Assembly (NCBI GenBank): GCA_002269645.1
Contig: NIVC01003703.1
Span: 1 to 64,000 of the forward strand
Direction of reading: 5' to 3'
Length of the DNA stretch: 64,000 nt
DNA from: Macrostomum lignano
Lineage: Eukaryota
In this document: piece by piece, positions 25,752 through 38,852 of the stretch
Numbering within the stretch: the first letter of the stretch is position 1
Layout: every line of letters starts with the position of its first letter
Notes under the pieces: model-generated
The model's input: only the letters and a program-made list of their open reading frames with translations
Told to the model about the DNA's origin: nothing
The model's database searches: none
Program-made: the position numbers and the translations under genes

Positions 25752-26295
25752 TTAGACGGTTTTGCTCACCGATCCGCATGGGATATTGTTCCCGTTAAGT
25801 CTCATGCAGTTCTCGCTGTTAACTGGCTCGCAGATGCCTGGGTGGGTGATGCCGTCAGTTCGCTCCGGGGTGCCGCCCTCGGTCCAGACGCACTGTGGGT
25901 CGCCGAGCTCTTCGCCGTTGCTCCGGCCGTCTTGGTCAGAGTCTAACTGGCAGATAGTGGAGTTCCACACCTGCGTGTTAATGATCGTGTAACATGCATG
26001 CATTGCGTGTGCCTATGCAATACAATGCCAATCCAGTGATTAAAGTGCATATAGTTACAAATCCGTTAGACTTGAAGGCTATTCCAAACGGGTTCCTCTC
26101 GCCGCCGCCGTCCTTGTTCCAGTGACCAACTCCGGGCCACTGGGTGCCGGCCTGGCACGGATTGTTCACATTGGCGCCGTTGGGGATCTTGGCCTGCAGT
26201 GTCTTGAACGCGTCTACTGTTGCCGAGCCGAGCAGCAGTAGCAGCAGAGCTGCCGGGGCCAATCCTAGAAACAGTTTCATTGCTGGAGTAGCCAA
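25752..26295 (-). CDS. Secreted temptin-like protein, 151 aa; exons 26295-26059 and 25970-25752
   Basis: Signal peptide (MKLFLGLAPAALLLLLLGSATVDA) followed by KIPNGANVNNPC...WPGVGH...GGGERNPFGIAF|VWNSTICQLDSDQDGRSNGEELGDPQCVW...GITHPGICEP...C, the motif string of Aplysia temptin and the temptin domain of molluscan DBH-like monooxygenases. The 88-bp GT-AG intron is phase 0. Confidence 0.85.
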
Positions 26296-27024
26296 GGTGT
26301 TAAAGCAGAAACTCGTACAAAATTCTGCAAGTTTCTCGGCAAAAACGATGCAGAGAACGTCAATTTATGGCCGCGGTGCAGTCGAGTCAAGCGGGCGAAA
26401 TCAGCCAGCGATAAGCTAAGATAAGATCGCCTTCTGCCTTTGACACCAGGTGCAGGCAGTGCCTGGCTACGAGCAAAGTCCAGGCTCAACTGACTGACTA
26501 ACTTAACTGCTCCAAACGTCGCGAAGCGTCAGCAAAAGCGGCACGATTGCCGAGCGTGTGCAATGCAGTTTGTTGAACTCGACAGGCCTCACTTCATAGG
26601 TATTATATCTGCTTTTGTTTCTATAATGGCGAATTGTACATTCTGCATTTTGTTTCCTTCAGTAGACTGCAGCAATGGTAAGGACTGAACGCACATTGGT
26701 CTGAATGGCTGCAGCTAGCCTTCTACTGTAAAGATCTTGCTTGTGAAGCTCACATGATAAAACCCAGTGAAGGAGCCTGCATCAATTTTCAGTGTACTTC
26801 ACTGATAATGAATGCATGCACAATGAGGGTTAGGAAAAGAGAAGTGAGGTTTTAACACAGCTAGGCAGTTGTCCCGATCTCCCCCACTTTAAAATAGTTG
26901 CATTAGACAGGCGGACAGCCGCATAAAATTCCTAGCTATTGAGCGAATGTTGGCCTGCCCTGCACTCTTTGATGGGACGGCCTTACACCTCTACCTCTCT
27001 TTCTCTGTAGTACTCCGCAAATGA

Positions 27025-28160
27025 CGGCAGCTCATTAATCAGGACTGGGTGCAGGGCGGCAGCTCATTAATCAGGACTGGGTGCAGGGCGGCAGCTCATT
27101 AATCAGGACTGGGTGCAGGGCGGCAGCTCATTAATCAGGACTGGTGCAGGGCGGCAGCTCATTAATCAGGACTGGGTGCAGGGCGGCAGCTCATTAATCA
27201 GGACTGGGTGCAGGGCGGCAGCTCATTAATCAGGACTGGGTGCAGGGCGGCAGCTCATTAATCAGGACTGGGTGCAGGGCGGCAGCTCATTAATCAGGAC
27301 TGGGTGCAGGGCGGCAGCTCATTAATCAGGACTGGGTGCAGGGCGGCAGCTCATTAATCAGGACTGGGTGCAGGGCGGCAGCTCATTAATCAGGACTGGT
27401 GCAGGGCGGCAGCTCATTAATCAGGACTGGGTGCAGGGCAGCAGCTCATTAATCAGGACTGGTGCAGGGCGGCAGCTCATTAATCAGGACTGGGTGCAGG
27501 GCGGCAGCTCATTAATCAGGACTGGGTGCAGGGCGGCAGCTCATTAATCAGGACTGGGTGCAGGGCGGCAGCTCATTAATCAGGACTGGTGCAGGGCGGC
27601 AGCTCATTAATCAGGACTGGGTGCAGGGCGGCAGCTCATTAATCAGGACTGGGTGCAGGGCGGCAGCTCATTATCAGGACTGGTGCAGGGCGGCAGCTCA
27701 TTAATCAGGACTGGGTGCAGGGCGGCAGCTCATTAATCAGGACTGGGTGCAGGGCGGCAGCTCATTATCAGGACTGGTGCAGGGCGGCAGCTCATTAATC
27801 AGGACTGGGTGCAGGGCGGCAGCTCATTAATCAGGACTGGGTGCAGGGCGGCAGCTCATTAATCAGGACTGGGTGCAGGGCGGCAGCTCATTAATCAGGA
27901 CTGGGTGCAGGGCGGCAGCTCATTAATCAGGACTGGGTGCAGGGCGGCAGCTCATTAATCAGGACTGGGTGCAAGGCGGCAGCTCAATAATCAGGACTGG
28001 GTGCAGGGCGGCAGCTCATTAAACATGACTGGATGCAGGGCGGCAGCTCATTAATCAGAACTGGTGCAGGGCGGCAGCTCATTAATCAGAACTGGTGCAG
28101 GGCGGCAGGTCATTAATCAGGACTGGGTTCAGGGCGGCAGCTCATTAATCAGGATTGGGT
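27025..28160. repeat. 32-bp minisatellite (CAGGGCGGCAGCTCATTAATCAGGACTGGGTG), ~35 copies
   Basis: Period 32 (27031 to 27063), with occasional 1-nt deletions. Confidence 0.95.
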
Positions 28161-29369
28161 GCAGTGCATATACGCTCGCACACACCGTTTTAAAATTTCC
28201 CAAAAGTACACTTCTGCAGTCCGCATATTATCGGGACACGGCACTTTTTTGTTTATCGCACCCTGCAGGACCGATAAGCACTGCTGCTCATACTGAAAAC
28301 GTTTGCAATCGTTTCAATTAAGAGAACCCATGCTTATCTACGAGTTGCTAGGGGCGAATTTTTCAACAGCTGATTTTGAACAGAGTGTTCGCTCTAGATA
28401 ACAAAACCAGTTCCAAACAAATCTAGAAAATTCTGTCCTAAGCTGCACTTGGTCGCGCAGGTGCGCCGCATGTACAAAGTGCACTGACCTTGGTCTTTAA
28501 TTGTTTCCGCTTTTTGCCTTGCGCGTCTGCATCGAACCTATGGTGGATTTCCTCAATAATCACCAATTTGATAGACCTTATGGGGACATTTATTTTTTAA
28601 ATAATTGTAACAGCTTGTAAGTGTTTATATTTAACCAAGAAATCAGCTTAGTAAATAATTTTACAAACTAATAATAACGATTATTTATTTGAATAATGCT
28701 GAACAATAATATTTTAACATGCTAAGCCCATAACAATTAGGGACATTGTGCAGTTGGGACGCATTAGTTTAAAGGCTGATATTTTGCATGATGTACCGAA
28801 GTTTATAATTAGAAACCAATGAGCTTACTTTTAAGTAATCAGAGGTGGAAAAATATCTCTAAATAAATTGTTACATTACTTAAATGAATTTACAATTGAT
28901 TACAGTAAACGTAATAATATACAATAAATATAGCAAACTTAAATACCAATATTGCATAACTAGCAATGCACTTTAGTAAGGAAATAAAATAAATTTGAAT
29001 GATGAAGAATTTCAACATTTAGAAGCGACCGATTTTTCTTGCATGCTAGAGTGAGAAGACTCAAGTGGCACAGCGAGACACTGGCCTACTTGGCTTAAGC
29101 AAGATACATACAGTAAACAAGCAAACGAATGCAATCCTCTGAAAGACAAAGCATGCAAATCAACTGGGATAGGCATAGGAGAAGACCCTAGCACAATATG
29201 ACAACTTAGATCTGGGCCGGGTCCGTTCTTTTATGCCATGTGAAAATTTAAAGTTTTTTAAGTTTTCGTTAAATAGTCCTACTGTTTTCTAACTAATCTA
29301 CTACAAGTAGACCGGAGTGGGAATTTCTTTCTAACCAGAAGTGCGGGGGCGGGGGAACTGGACAGTTCG

Positions 29370-30782
29370 TCAAGACGCGGATAAGGTGTGGCCAGCGGCC
29401 GACATGCCGGCAAACAGCAGGCGCACCTGGCCAACATGGAGCAGGCAGCAATCAGCTGAGCAGTATTCACCGTCCCACTGAGGATGATCTACAGCCGGCT
29501 TCGAGCAGCCGTGTCTGGCGCAGAAACCGGCCTCTTCCGTAATCACCTTCGGCTTTTTTATTGGCAGATTCTTTTGCTTTTCTTGTTTCTCTTTCTTCAA
29601 TCTTTTCGCCTTTTTAACTTCGGCAGATTGCTGATGCTGCTTTGGCTTTCGCTGGGTTTTTGGTTGGACTTTAGCCGGTTTTGCTTTAGGCTTAGCGACA
29701 ACTTCGCTAAGCTGGTACTGCGGCTCGTGCAGCTGCTGCTGCGGCCTGTGTCCCAAGTTTACTGGCACAGGCAGAGAGTACGGCTTGTTAGAGCGGAGCG
29801 CCGAACTCCGCTTTGCATAGGCAGCCTTGCCGGCCTGGCCCAGCCGCTGCCACATTCGTTCAATAGCCTGGCTGGCCTCGCCAAACGCCATGGCAGGCTG
29901 GTCGCGTTTCACCTGTGGCAGCGTGTCTTTAAAAAATAACGCGTAGGCCGATTGGACGGCTAAGGACGGAGCCGGGTGAGAGCCCTGACGATGACTTGTC
30001 AATAATTGGCTAATAGGAGCGTCAAGCTCGGGCTCCGATTCGTCATCGCTATTCGAATCTTCATCAGCAGAATCATCCTCATCATCATTGCTATCTTCTT
30101 CCTCATAGTCTTGAACGTAGTCGTCAACGCGACTTTGACGCGGTCGCTTCTGACTATTGGCATTGTTGGCAGAGTTGCCTGTACTGTTGACCGCCACTGA
30201 GCTGGGACGATTGTTGCCATTGGCAACAACTAGACTGGATAAATCGCCGTCAAAATCGTCGAATCGATAACATTGGATTAGCAATGGTTGCTGCTTCTGC
30301 TGTTGCTGTTGTTGTTGTCCAAATTGTTGGACCTGTAACTGCGGCAGAGGTTGGTGCGACTGCTGTGGCAATTGCCTATAGGCCTGCTGTGGAATTTGCT
30401 GTTGTTGTTGCGACACTTGGCCACTAAAAGTTCGCTGCGGCAATTGCTGCTGGTAAATTTGCGAAGGCATTTGCTGCTGGTAGGTTTGCAAAGAAATTTG
30501 CTGTGGCTGATAAACTGGCTGTGGCTGCTTCTGCTGATAGGGTTGCTGAATGGCTTGCTGATAAAGCTGTCTGGGTGCTTGCTGGTACAGCTGCTGAGGG
30601 ATTTGCTGGGGAACTGTTGTTGTTTGTTGGGGAACTTGCTGGTTGGGATGCTGCGAGGCAGGTTGGTAAAGCTGCTGAAATGGAACCAGCTGACTTGGCT
30701 GCTGCTGAGCTGGTGCAGCTGGGGCTTGCCGCGGCCCAAGAATTATCATTGGTGGAGATACACTAGACCGGTTGTTCTCCAT
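29370..30782 (-). CDS. TOX: TOX-family HMG-box protein (TOX4-like), 470 aa, Q/P-rich N-terminus, acidic tract, HMG box, C-terminal Cys/His motif
   Basis: SAYALFFKDTLPQVKRDQPAMAFGEASQAIERMWQRLGQAGKAAY matches the TOX HMG box (SAYALFFRDTQAAIK..NP.ATFGEVSK..ASMW). CARHGCSKPAVDHPQWDGEYCSADCCLLH matches the TOX4 C-terminal C-x4-C...WD.EYCS.EC..H motif. An acceptor CTGCAG lies 5 nt before the ATG. The last ~19 codons are uncertain (possible donor at 29426). Confidence 0.8.
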   Translation of the reverse strand: MENNRSSVSPPMIILGPRQAPAAPAQQQPSQLVPFQQLYQPASQHPNQQVPQQTTTVPQQIPQQLYQQAPRQLYQQAIQQPYQQKQPQPVYQPQQISLQTYQQQMPSQIYQQQLPQRTFSGQVSQQQQQIPQQAYRQLPQQSHQPLPQLQVQQFGQQQQQQQKQQPLLIQCYRFDDFDGDLSSLVVANGNNRPSSVAVNSTGNSANNANSQKRPRQSRVDDYVQDYEEEDSNDDEDDSADEDSNSDDESEPELDAPISQLLTSHRQGSHPAPSLAVQSAYALFFKDTLPQVKRDQPAMAFGEASQAIERMWQRLGQAGKAAYAKRSSALRSNKPYSLPVPVNLGHRPQQQLHEPQYQLSEVVAKPKAKPAKVQPKTQRKPKQHQQSAEVKKAKRLKKEKQEKQKNLPIKKPKVITEEAGFCARHGCSKPAVDHPQWDGEYCSADCCLLHVGQVRLLFAGMSAAGHTLSAS

Positions 30783-33700
30783 GGCAACTGCAGATTAGTG
30801 CAGCCAGTGGTGTAGCAATTCAATTCAAATTCTTTATAATTGATAGAAAACCATGCAATCATATAAATCAAAGTAAATTATTATTTATTAATGCAACCAG
30901 ACAAATCTTGCATTGATTAACATAAATATAATTGTCAGACTAATATATACATATATATAACCATTATGGTCAAGTTAGTTGATAATGCAATAAAGTCTTA
31001 ATTGCAAGTTGCAGTGTTGGGTAACTTCCAGCACTTATGGCACTCTTAAAGTGTTAGAAGCTATTTTATTGTAAGTCTAGCCCTACTAGCACTATATAAA
31101 TATAAAAAATAACATAACTTTTTTGTGAATTTAACTATTTGCATTTTTATGTTAATTAGACTTAAAAAACATTTTTATACTACTGTTACTAATATTTAAA
31201 ACTTATTTCTAATATTTTCAAATCAAATCACTTTTACAATTGTATAACTAAGCAAAGTAGAGAGTAAAAAGACTAACCTTGGTAGCCAATGGCCACATTT
31301 GGTAATTTTTTTGTATTAAAGATATAGGCCAAAGATAACAATTTAAATCTTATGAGATTTTTGTTCTATTTACTTTTAGAAAAAGAATACCAATTCCTAT
31401 ATGTCAATAATTAAAAATTTAAGAAGTATATCACTTTAGAATATCCATTAAAAGTTAAAAAAGCAAAAAAATGATTTATCAATTTAATGCAAATTATTTA
31501 TAGTTTAAAAATATTTATATAAATTTTAAAATTACTTATTACTGAAAAATAAAAAAAAATAAAATTGAAAAATAACTTTTTTTATATCTATATAGCCATA
31601 TCTAATCCAAATATACAAAAAATTGATTGAAGAGCTTTGTTACTTAGGTTTAAATGCAAAAATGATCAATGCCATAGTGTATAGTGAACCTAGTCCTAAG
31701 TGTTACCATTATCCATTGGTAATGACTAGGGATTTTAACCACAGGGAGTCTTCATTAAGGACTGTAGAAAATTTTAGGGGTTTTAACCTTGAGGTTTTGG
31801 TTTGGACCAAGGGAAATTAAGAATTAAAAAGGATAATTGAAGTAAATTTTTTGCTTTTAGAAGCTTTTGATAAAATTTATTATAATCTATTATAGTAGAA
31901 TATGTAATTTTATTAGCAGGATACTTTCTAAGCAAAGTTGCTCTATGATTTAGCAATGACATTGTCAAAGCTAATTATGCTATATACCTACTTCAATCAC
32001 TGATAATTAATAGGATCTTATTGTGAGCTTCAAGTTGCAAGCAAACTGTCATTCAAATATTATAACAATTTTTCTTGACAAAATGTATAGTAGATAGATA
32101 GACATATACATATATGCAAGCAAAGAGACAGATAGATACAAAAAGACAGACAGAAATAGATGGACATAAATAGATAGACTGATAGACATGATATAGACAT
32201 AGATAGATAGACAGATAGATCAACAAGCATTCAAGTAAAGGCAGATAGGAGAATAGATAAGTACTCTATTAAATCACATTTTCTAAAATGGTATTTAAAA
32301 ATGTGTTTATTTTGTATATTTTTTCTATTACTGAGTTTTACACTGTGATATTATTATTGTACTAGCAGTTACATAGTAAAATATATAGTCAAAGCATATA
32401 CTTTATGTATATCATAGGTAATGTCATTGATGTGAAAACTGACAAACTTGCAATTGTAAAAAAACAAAACTGTATCAATCAACAATATATTATCCTCTAG
32501 TAATCACCCTCTTATATAGCATCTTTATATTAGCTGCCTATAGCTATTTTTCTTCTAGCTGCTAAAACCAATGCAATGCAGCTTGATTAATTTATTCATA
32601 ATTTGCAAAACTCCTCTTGGAAAAGCCTGCTTTTGTCTTTTAGCCATTTGAACAAAAATCTATTATACAAGTTAAAGTCTAGGGCTCTAGGCTATAAGGA
32701 CTCTGCTAGAGCAGATTCATTCACTGTCTAGTCTTATTAGAATAAGTGTAAAAAACCTGCAAATGCACTATGAGCAATATTGGGTCTAAAATTATAACTC
32801 AAAAATATGATATAACATAGATCATATTAACTTTTTGCACTGAATACAAACATAGTACTAATTTAAATTAGATAATGAAGCATTTAGCTTTAATAAAACA
32901 GTCATAGTTATTCCTGCTACTTACTTAAAATTGCACCGCGCTATAATACTACTTGCCTTCATTCTAGTGTCTAGTCTTAATATGACACCTGAAAATTTTA
33001 AAATTACAACAGATGGTCAGATAAGGCCTTTTTTGTCTACTTATTCCAATAGGGCTATCTAGCCAGAAAATCTTCAAGACTACAATAGCCTTACATATAT
33101 GTGGTTATGTGTTGTCTATTCAATGCTAGGAAATATTAGCATATAGACTATAATACTCACTTTAGATTAGGCCTATATAATATACGCCTGAAAATTTGGG
33201 CGTGCATTAGTTGTGAAACACTGGCTCAACACTAGTGTAGCTTTGAGAATATAAGTGTGTACTCAAAATTTCTTATGTGTATATTTGTAATTATTTAATT
33301 TGATTTGGGCATGCAATGTACCCTTGTACCCACTACCTAGTATATATGATCTAGACTATGGCTAGGGCCTACAATAGACCTAAAAATAGGCCGATGCTTT
33401 CTATATTATATATTTGGAATACCATGTCCACAATTATAATAGCTATGCCGATTATAAATTTGTGCACTACTATGCCAGAGTATGATTTAGTATAGCTATA
33501 AGCTATAGTGGTATCATTGTATGCCAAAATTTCCTAGTGTACATATAACATTTGGGAGTAGGCCTAGGGAGTTAAGAGACAGACAATGTCTTTGTACTTA
33601 TATTATAAGCAAAAGATAAAAAATAATAAATCAAATGAAATGAAAAAAACACAGAAAAATAACCTTAATTAAAGACGCATATATATTAGGTCTTTAAATT

Positions 33701-35018
33701 AGATCATCTTTTATAAGATACTTACAGGCTACTAATGTATTTTATGGCCTAAGTCAAGTTATCATTATTTTCTATCTAAATCTAAAGAAGCCTAATAATT
33801 CAACTGTTGCAATTTTAGATAGGTCTATGTGACTTGGCTATATAGAATGTGTAGCTGCCTTTATTGGGTTTAGTTTATTGCAAAGGAGGCTATACATTTT
33901 TATGACAAAGGTTAAGCTGTGTAAAGGTTTAGCTACAAAGTAAATAATATTGTTATTTATCGTATATTCAATCAATATCTAACAAACAAAAACATTTACT
34001 AGATTCAAAAGTACGTAAATGACACTACTAAATGCTATGTTGTATGTATACCATTTTAAGTTATATACTTCAAGTAGTTAAGTTAAATTATTAATATTAT
34101 CTCAAGTCATTTTAAGTTATTTTAACTACTCGAACGCACCCTTGGTCCGTAAAAAAGAGATAGTGAAATAGGGATTAATTAAAAACAAACCAGCAATATA
34201 TTGTGTACTTAAAAAAAGTAAGTACGTTGAATATCTTCCTAATTTTTTAATTTTTTAGAAACGTTTTTTTGTTTTAAGGTTTAGTTTCTTATAAATTGGA
34301 TTAAACGAACAGTGTATAGAAATTGTCGAGTTCGCGCCCGAGTTACGTCTAGTGCTCTAGACATATGAAGCTGTAATTCTGAATGGCGACATTTCTACTT
34401 AACTTTTAAGATTTTAACTGATGCCAAAGATTTTACTTCTTATTAATATTAGCCATATACTTTTAAATGGCTAATATGGCTATAGCTTCAAAAAGTCTAA
34501 TAAGATAATTTAGCCTTTAGAAAGGGGCCTTTCTTAGGCTTAGGCTAAGCTAATTTTGTGGTAACAATATTGAATGTCAGGATGTGTTATGACTCGTGAG
34601 TAGATCAGAGAATTAATTAATCTTAATATGTAGTGGCATAAAAATTTACAGAAAGTAGAACTATTAGTAAAATCTGTTGTCTTGTCACCACTAGCTAGAA
34701 GCTAGTGCTGCCACTTAATAAGCTAAGTAATAATAAAAGGCCTAGGCCCTACTATTATTAATAAGGTAGGCCTAGTTGATATATTATGATATATTTACTA
34801 TTTAGCAAAGTTTTTTATTTTAAATTGGTTGGTTGCCATTTTTCTAAATAAAAAACTTAATAATTTCCTATAGCATGAAGTTAATCAAAATTCAATTAGG
34901 CCTAAAGAAGGGTTTTTTAATTCAATGCAAGTCAGTATACAAAATGCAAATTTAAATTGTCTTTCTAATGACAATGACAGCCATTTGTATTGAACTTTAT
35001 AATTGCCATGCTTGCATA

Positions 35019-35787
35019 TCTAATATACTAAAAGTCCTCCTATATACTAAAAATGAGTTGTCTGTGGGTAGGTAGGTAGGTAGGCATGCGATAGATTTCA
35101 GAAAAAATGGCTCAACCAATTTTCTTCAAACTTGCACCATTCGATCAGAAATTTTCCTGGGACGGTACATGCATCTTGGCTAAGAAATTGCTCAATGTTA
35201 AAGGGATTAAATATTTGAAAAACAAATTGAAGGCCAATTCAAAACATATTTGAAGGCCTTTTGGCTCTCTATGAGAATTCCACCCTTATGCCACCAAAAG
35301 CTATAATAAAGTTATTTCTCCTTAACAATTCTACTCGTTATTAATTGTCTTTCTACTGGTAGCGCATGTACTTCTATTGGTAGCGTATGTACTTCTATTG
35401 GTAGCGTATGTACTTCTATTGTACTTTCTGGCCTGAGCGGTCTAATAGCACTGTCTATTCTATTCTTATATTCCTCTAAAGATATTATTCTCTCAGTCCT
35501 GGGCGTTCCCTGGATCAGAGGGTCACAGCTTATGCTCTTTCTCTGCCCTGAGGCGATCTTTCCCTCACTCTGAGGCGGTTCTCCTACCCTGAGGCGAATT
35601 TACTATTACTGCCCTAAGGCAATCTCTCGCTGTTAGCGATCTTCTCCCAATTTGGGGGTAATACTTGTAGAAATGAACAATTCAAAAAAGAATGCTTTAA
35701 AGACTTCTTTTTGAGTGAAATTATTGCTTCAATATTATTCGAGCGAGCGAATGAAGCGAGCAAGTTGCTCTTCTTGGCCCCATCTAG
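35019..35787 (+). mobile_element. Probable non-autonomous Helitron
   Basis: 5' A|TCTAATATACTAAAA with a second similar start and (GTAG)n; 3' hairpin GAGCAA-G-TTGCTC (35758-35770) 13 nt before a terminal CTAG (35784-35787); no TSD; internal 22-bp x3 repeat. It is followed by G rather than the canonical T. Confidence 0.55.
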
Positions 35788-36570
35788 GCTCCTATTTATA
35801 CCATTTCGTATATATATTTAAAACAAACTTTGATTTTCTACAATATTATTTGCGCACACAACGTTAAAACAAAAATATTACCATTTGGCAGAAATTTGAA
35901 TATGGTAATTTCTAAGAAAGCAATTGTTCGCGTAGACTAAAAATAAAGCCATATTTCATACTGTAAAGCAGATATATTACACTGCCTCACTACTATGTTT
36001 TGCTTGCCACTTATTTGTTTGTACCTATTAAAATGCAAAATCTACAATGGAATTGGAATGGAATATGGCCTAGCATAGTAAAATATGGAATCTATAGTAG
36101 AATGGTAAATTGTAGACTAAATTGTTGATTTTACTAACTTTAAGTAAAATGCAAATATAGGGTAGCTAAGTGGACAATGAACTATATTTATAATCTTACA
36201 ATAATAAAGCCTTCAAAATTTGACCAAACTACTGAAAAGAAAATTATGATAAACTTTTTAATACCTATTAACCATAGGCCTATTATTCACAAGAGTACCT
36301 ATATTCATTACTTTGAGTAGGCCTAATAGATGCTACTATTTCTAGTTCAGTTTGGTTTAATATAGAATCATTTTAAAAATTATCTTATATATCTTTTTCA
36401 TAGTTAAATTACTATAAGCATAGCTATATATATTAAAATATATAATTCTTTGATTCCTATATTTTGCATTTTACTTCAAGTTTATAGATTCTACAGTTGA
36501 TTCTATAATAATTTACTATTCCACCGAGGATTTTGACTGCAGATTCTGCAATTTATTAGGTACCCCTTTT

Positions 36571-36845
36571 CCCTATTGCAGCCAAGGTCTGAACCGCGCC
36601 GGACGCCCCCCTTTCCTGCGCCAGACATCTATCCGTACCGCGCCAGGGCCAGTCCCCAGGATCAGTGATTTGGTTCAATTAGTCAGTCCTCCCCTCCCGC
36701 ACCCCTCTCCCATGCCCCGCGCCACGCCGCCGCCACACGCCACGCCACCGCGCGCCGCCGCCACGCGGCCGCCGCGCGCTGCGCCGCCGCCAGGCCAATC
36801 CGCGCCGGACGCCGTCCACGAAAATGGCCATTGGCTGCAATAGGG
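36571..36845. mobile_element. MITE, 275 bp, perfect 15-bp TIRs and perfect 8-bp TSD
   Basis: CCCTATTGCAGCCAA...TTGGCTGCAATAGGG; CCCCTTTT on both sides (36563-36570, 36846-36853); very GC-rich interior. Confidence 0.85.
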
Positions 36846-38852
36846 CCCCTTTTTGTATGCTAATATGATTATATTTATTTTGTTTGCCATGAAAATGTTT
36901 GAGTCTATAAGCCATATTAATATTTATAAGAACTTGGAATTCAAAATTCACTAAGTTTTAGTCTTGCTAAGGCCAATATACTGTTTGATTGATTTTTATA
37001 TATCTTTTAGATCTTCTTTAGTAAAATAGCAACTGAGTTAAGAAAAGGTTCATAGCTTATCAAATTTAGGTTAGACAATATAAAGACAATTTGCCAGTTG
37101 TAAAATTATTGTTATAGGCTATAATATTTATGAGGCTATAGTATTTGGGCTAGCTAATTAAAATGTAAAGGTAAAATACATTGTGCATCAGACGTTAAAA
37201 GTAGAAAGATATCAAGTTAAAGTGTAGGTTAAAGTAAAACAGCCTTGTTACATTGCAGAAGATCAATTGCAATAAGACAACTAGCCTAAATAGCTATTTA
37301 TACAGCTTATAATATAGCACTATGACATTTGCCACCTTAATTTGAATGTGGTATTAGTAAAGGTACAAGGCTATAAAGCCCTAGTAGGGTTATGCTCTGC
37401 TAGGATGCCAGTTAGAAAAAATTCATATATGCAGTAATAAGTCTTTTCAATCTTAAGTGCTAACCCTTAAAAACATTGTTCATCCTGTCAATAAGCAGGT
37501 ATACTAAGAAAGACTAAACACTTTACTGATAGAATATAGCAACCATGTTGAATTGTTATAGTTGTATAGGTCTATAAGTGCCTATGATATTATCAATGGC
37601 CACAGGCCTTCCAATGAGCTTTAATTTTGCCAGATCTGACAAATAAGACAAGGCTAAGATAAGGCCATTAGCTATCTGCAAAAAGTGTGCATAGGTCTAT
37701 ATGTTGCATATGCTAGGATAGAGGGCAAATTCTGCAATAAACTGCTTGGCCATAATGAAAGATGTAGCCATTTAGTTCCACATTTAGGAAGGCTCCCAAG
37801 GTGCCTATCAGGCTGCAAGTTCAAAGTCTAACATTGCATGTATGATAGCAGCTTCAATAAGCATGCAATGAAGAGCAGTAGATATAGCCACATAACCAGC
37901 TACTGTGTGTTTAGACATTATTACCTAAGCAAATGCATAGATCTATCTTGTTCCACCAGATTTAACTGTACCATGTGTTGCTATATAATTGTACAAATGG
38001 TTCCTTAACTATACTGAATATCCTATCAAGAAACCAGTCCATGTAGTATAATAGTGCATTCAGCTACTCAGGACTTGACAGCACAATGTGCTTCTTCCTT
38101 TGTCTGTGCAACTGCCATATCTGCATGCAGAAAAGGTTGAGGGATATAATTGAAAGCTAAGGTTGAGAGCTATAATGCAAGTGTTGCTGGGTGCTCATGC
38201 TGTTGCCTTTGCTTTTATCAAAGCCTATTTGCATGATATGCTAACTAGTCTAAGTTTGGAGGCAAGTATATTTAGAGCTTAAGTTCAAATTAGCTTAAGA
38301 AGCCAAAAAGAATAAGAATCAAGTTGAAAATAGGGAAAAATAAGTTACATTTTTTAGTCCAAACTAAGTCATAATCCTAGTGTAATTTCAACTAAAACAC
38401 AAAAGCTGTTTGTATTTGCAGTAACTTCACTTTTATACTATTGTTGAAAGGGGGATTTTAGTTACTAATAAAGTAGCAACTGCACAATGTGAATCGAACA
38501 TACATGTGCAGCCTCCCTGGTTTACACTGGCTGTGCAACTTACTTTTTGATAAAAATGAGACTTGCCTATGAAAGACACCTAAGCAAAATTACCGGTTTT
38601 CGGGTAAATGACAGGCGTAACTATAGATGTACTATCTAGGCTAAATACCTCGTAATTAGTACCACGTCTGTATTTATTCTGGTAAGCATTTTTGCGACTT
38701 ACCTTTAATCTTCATTTCAATGAAACTACCAACGACAATTTGCAGTCATCCCCGCCTATTGAATCTGTTTAAGCTGGACTGCTCTACTAAATCAAAGTCC
38801 TATCTGCTAGCATAGTAATTGCTAATTGAAAGATTAACAAATCAATCTAAGC

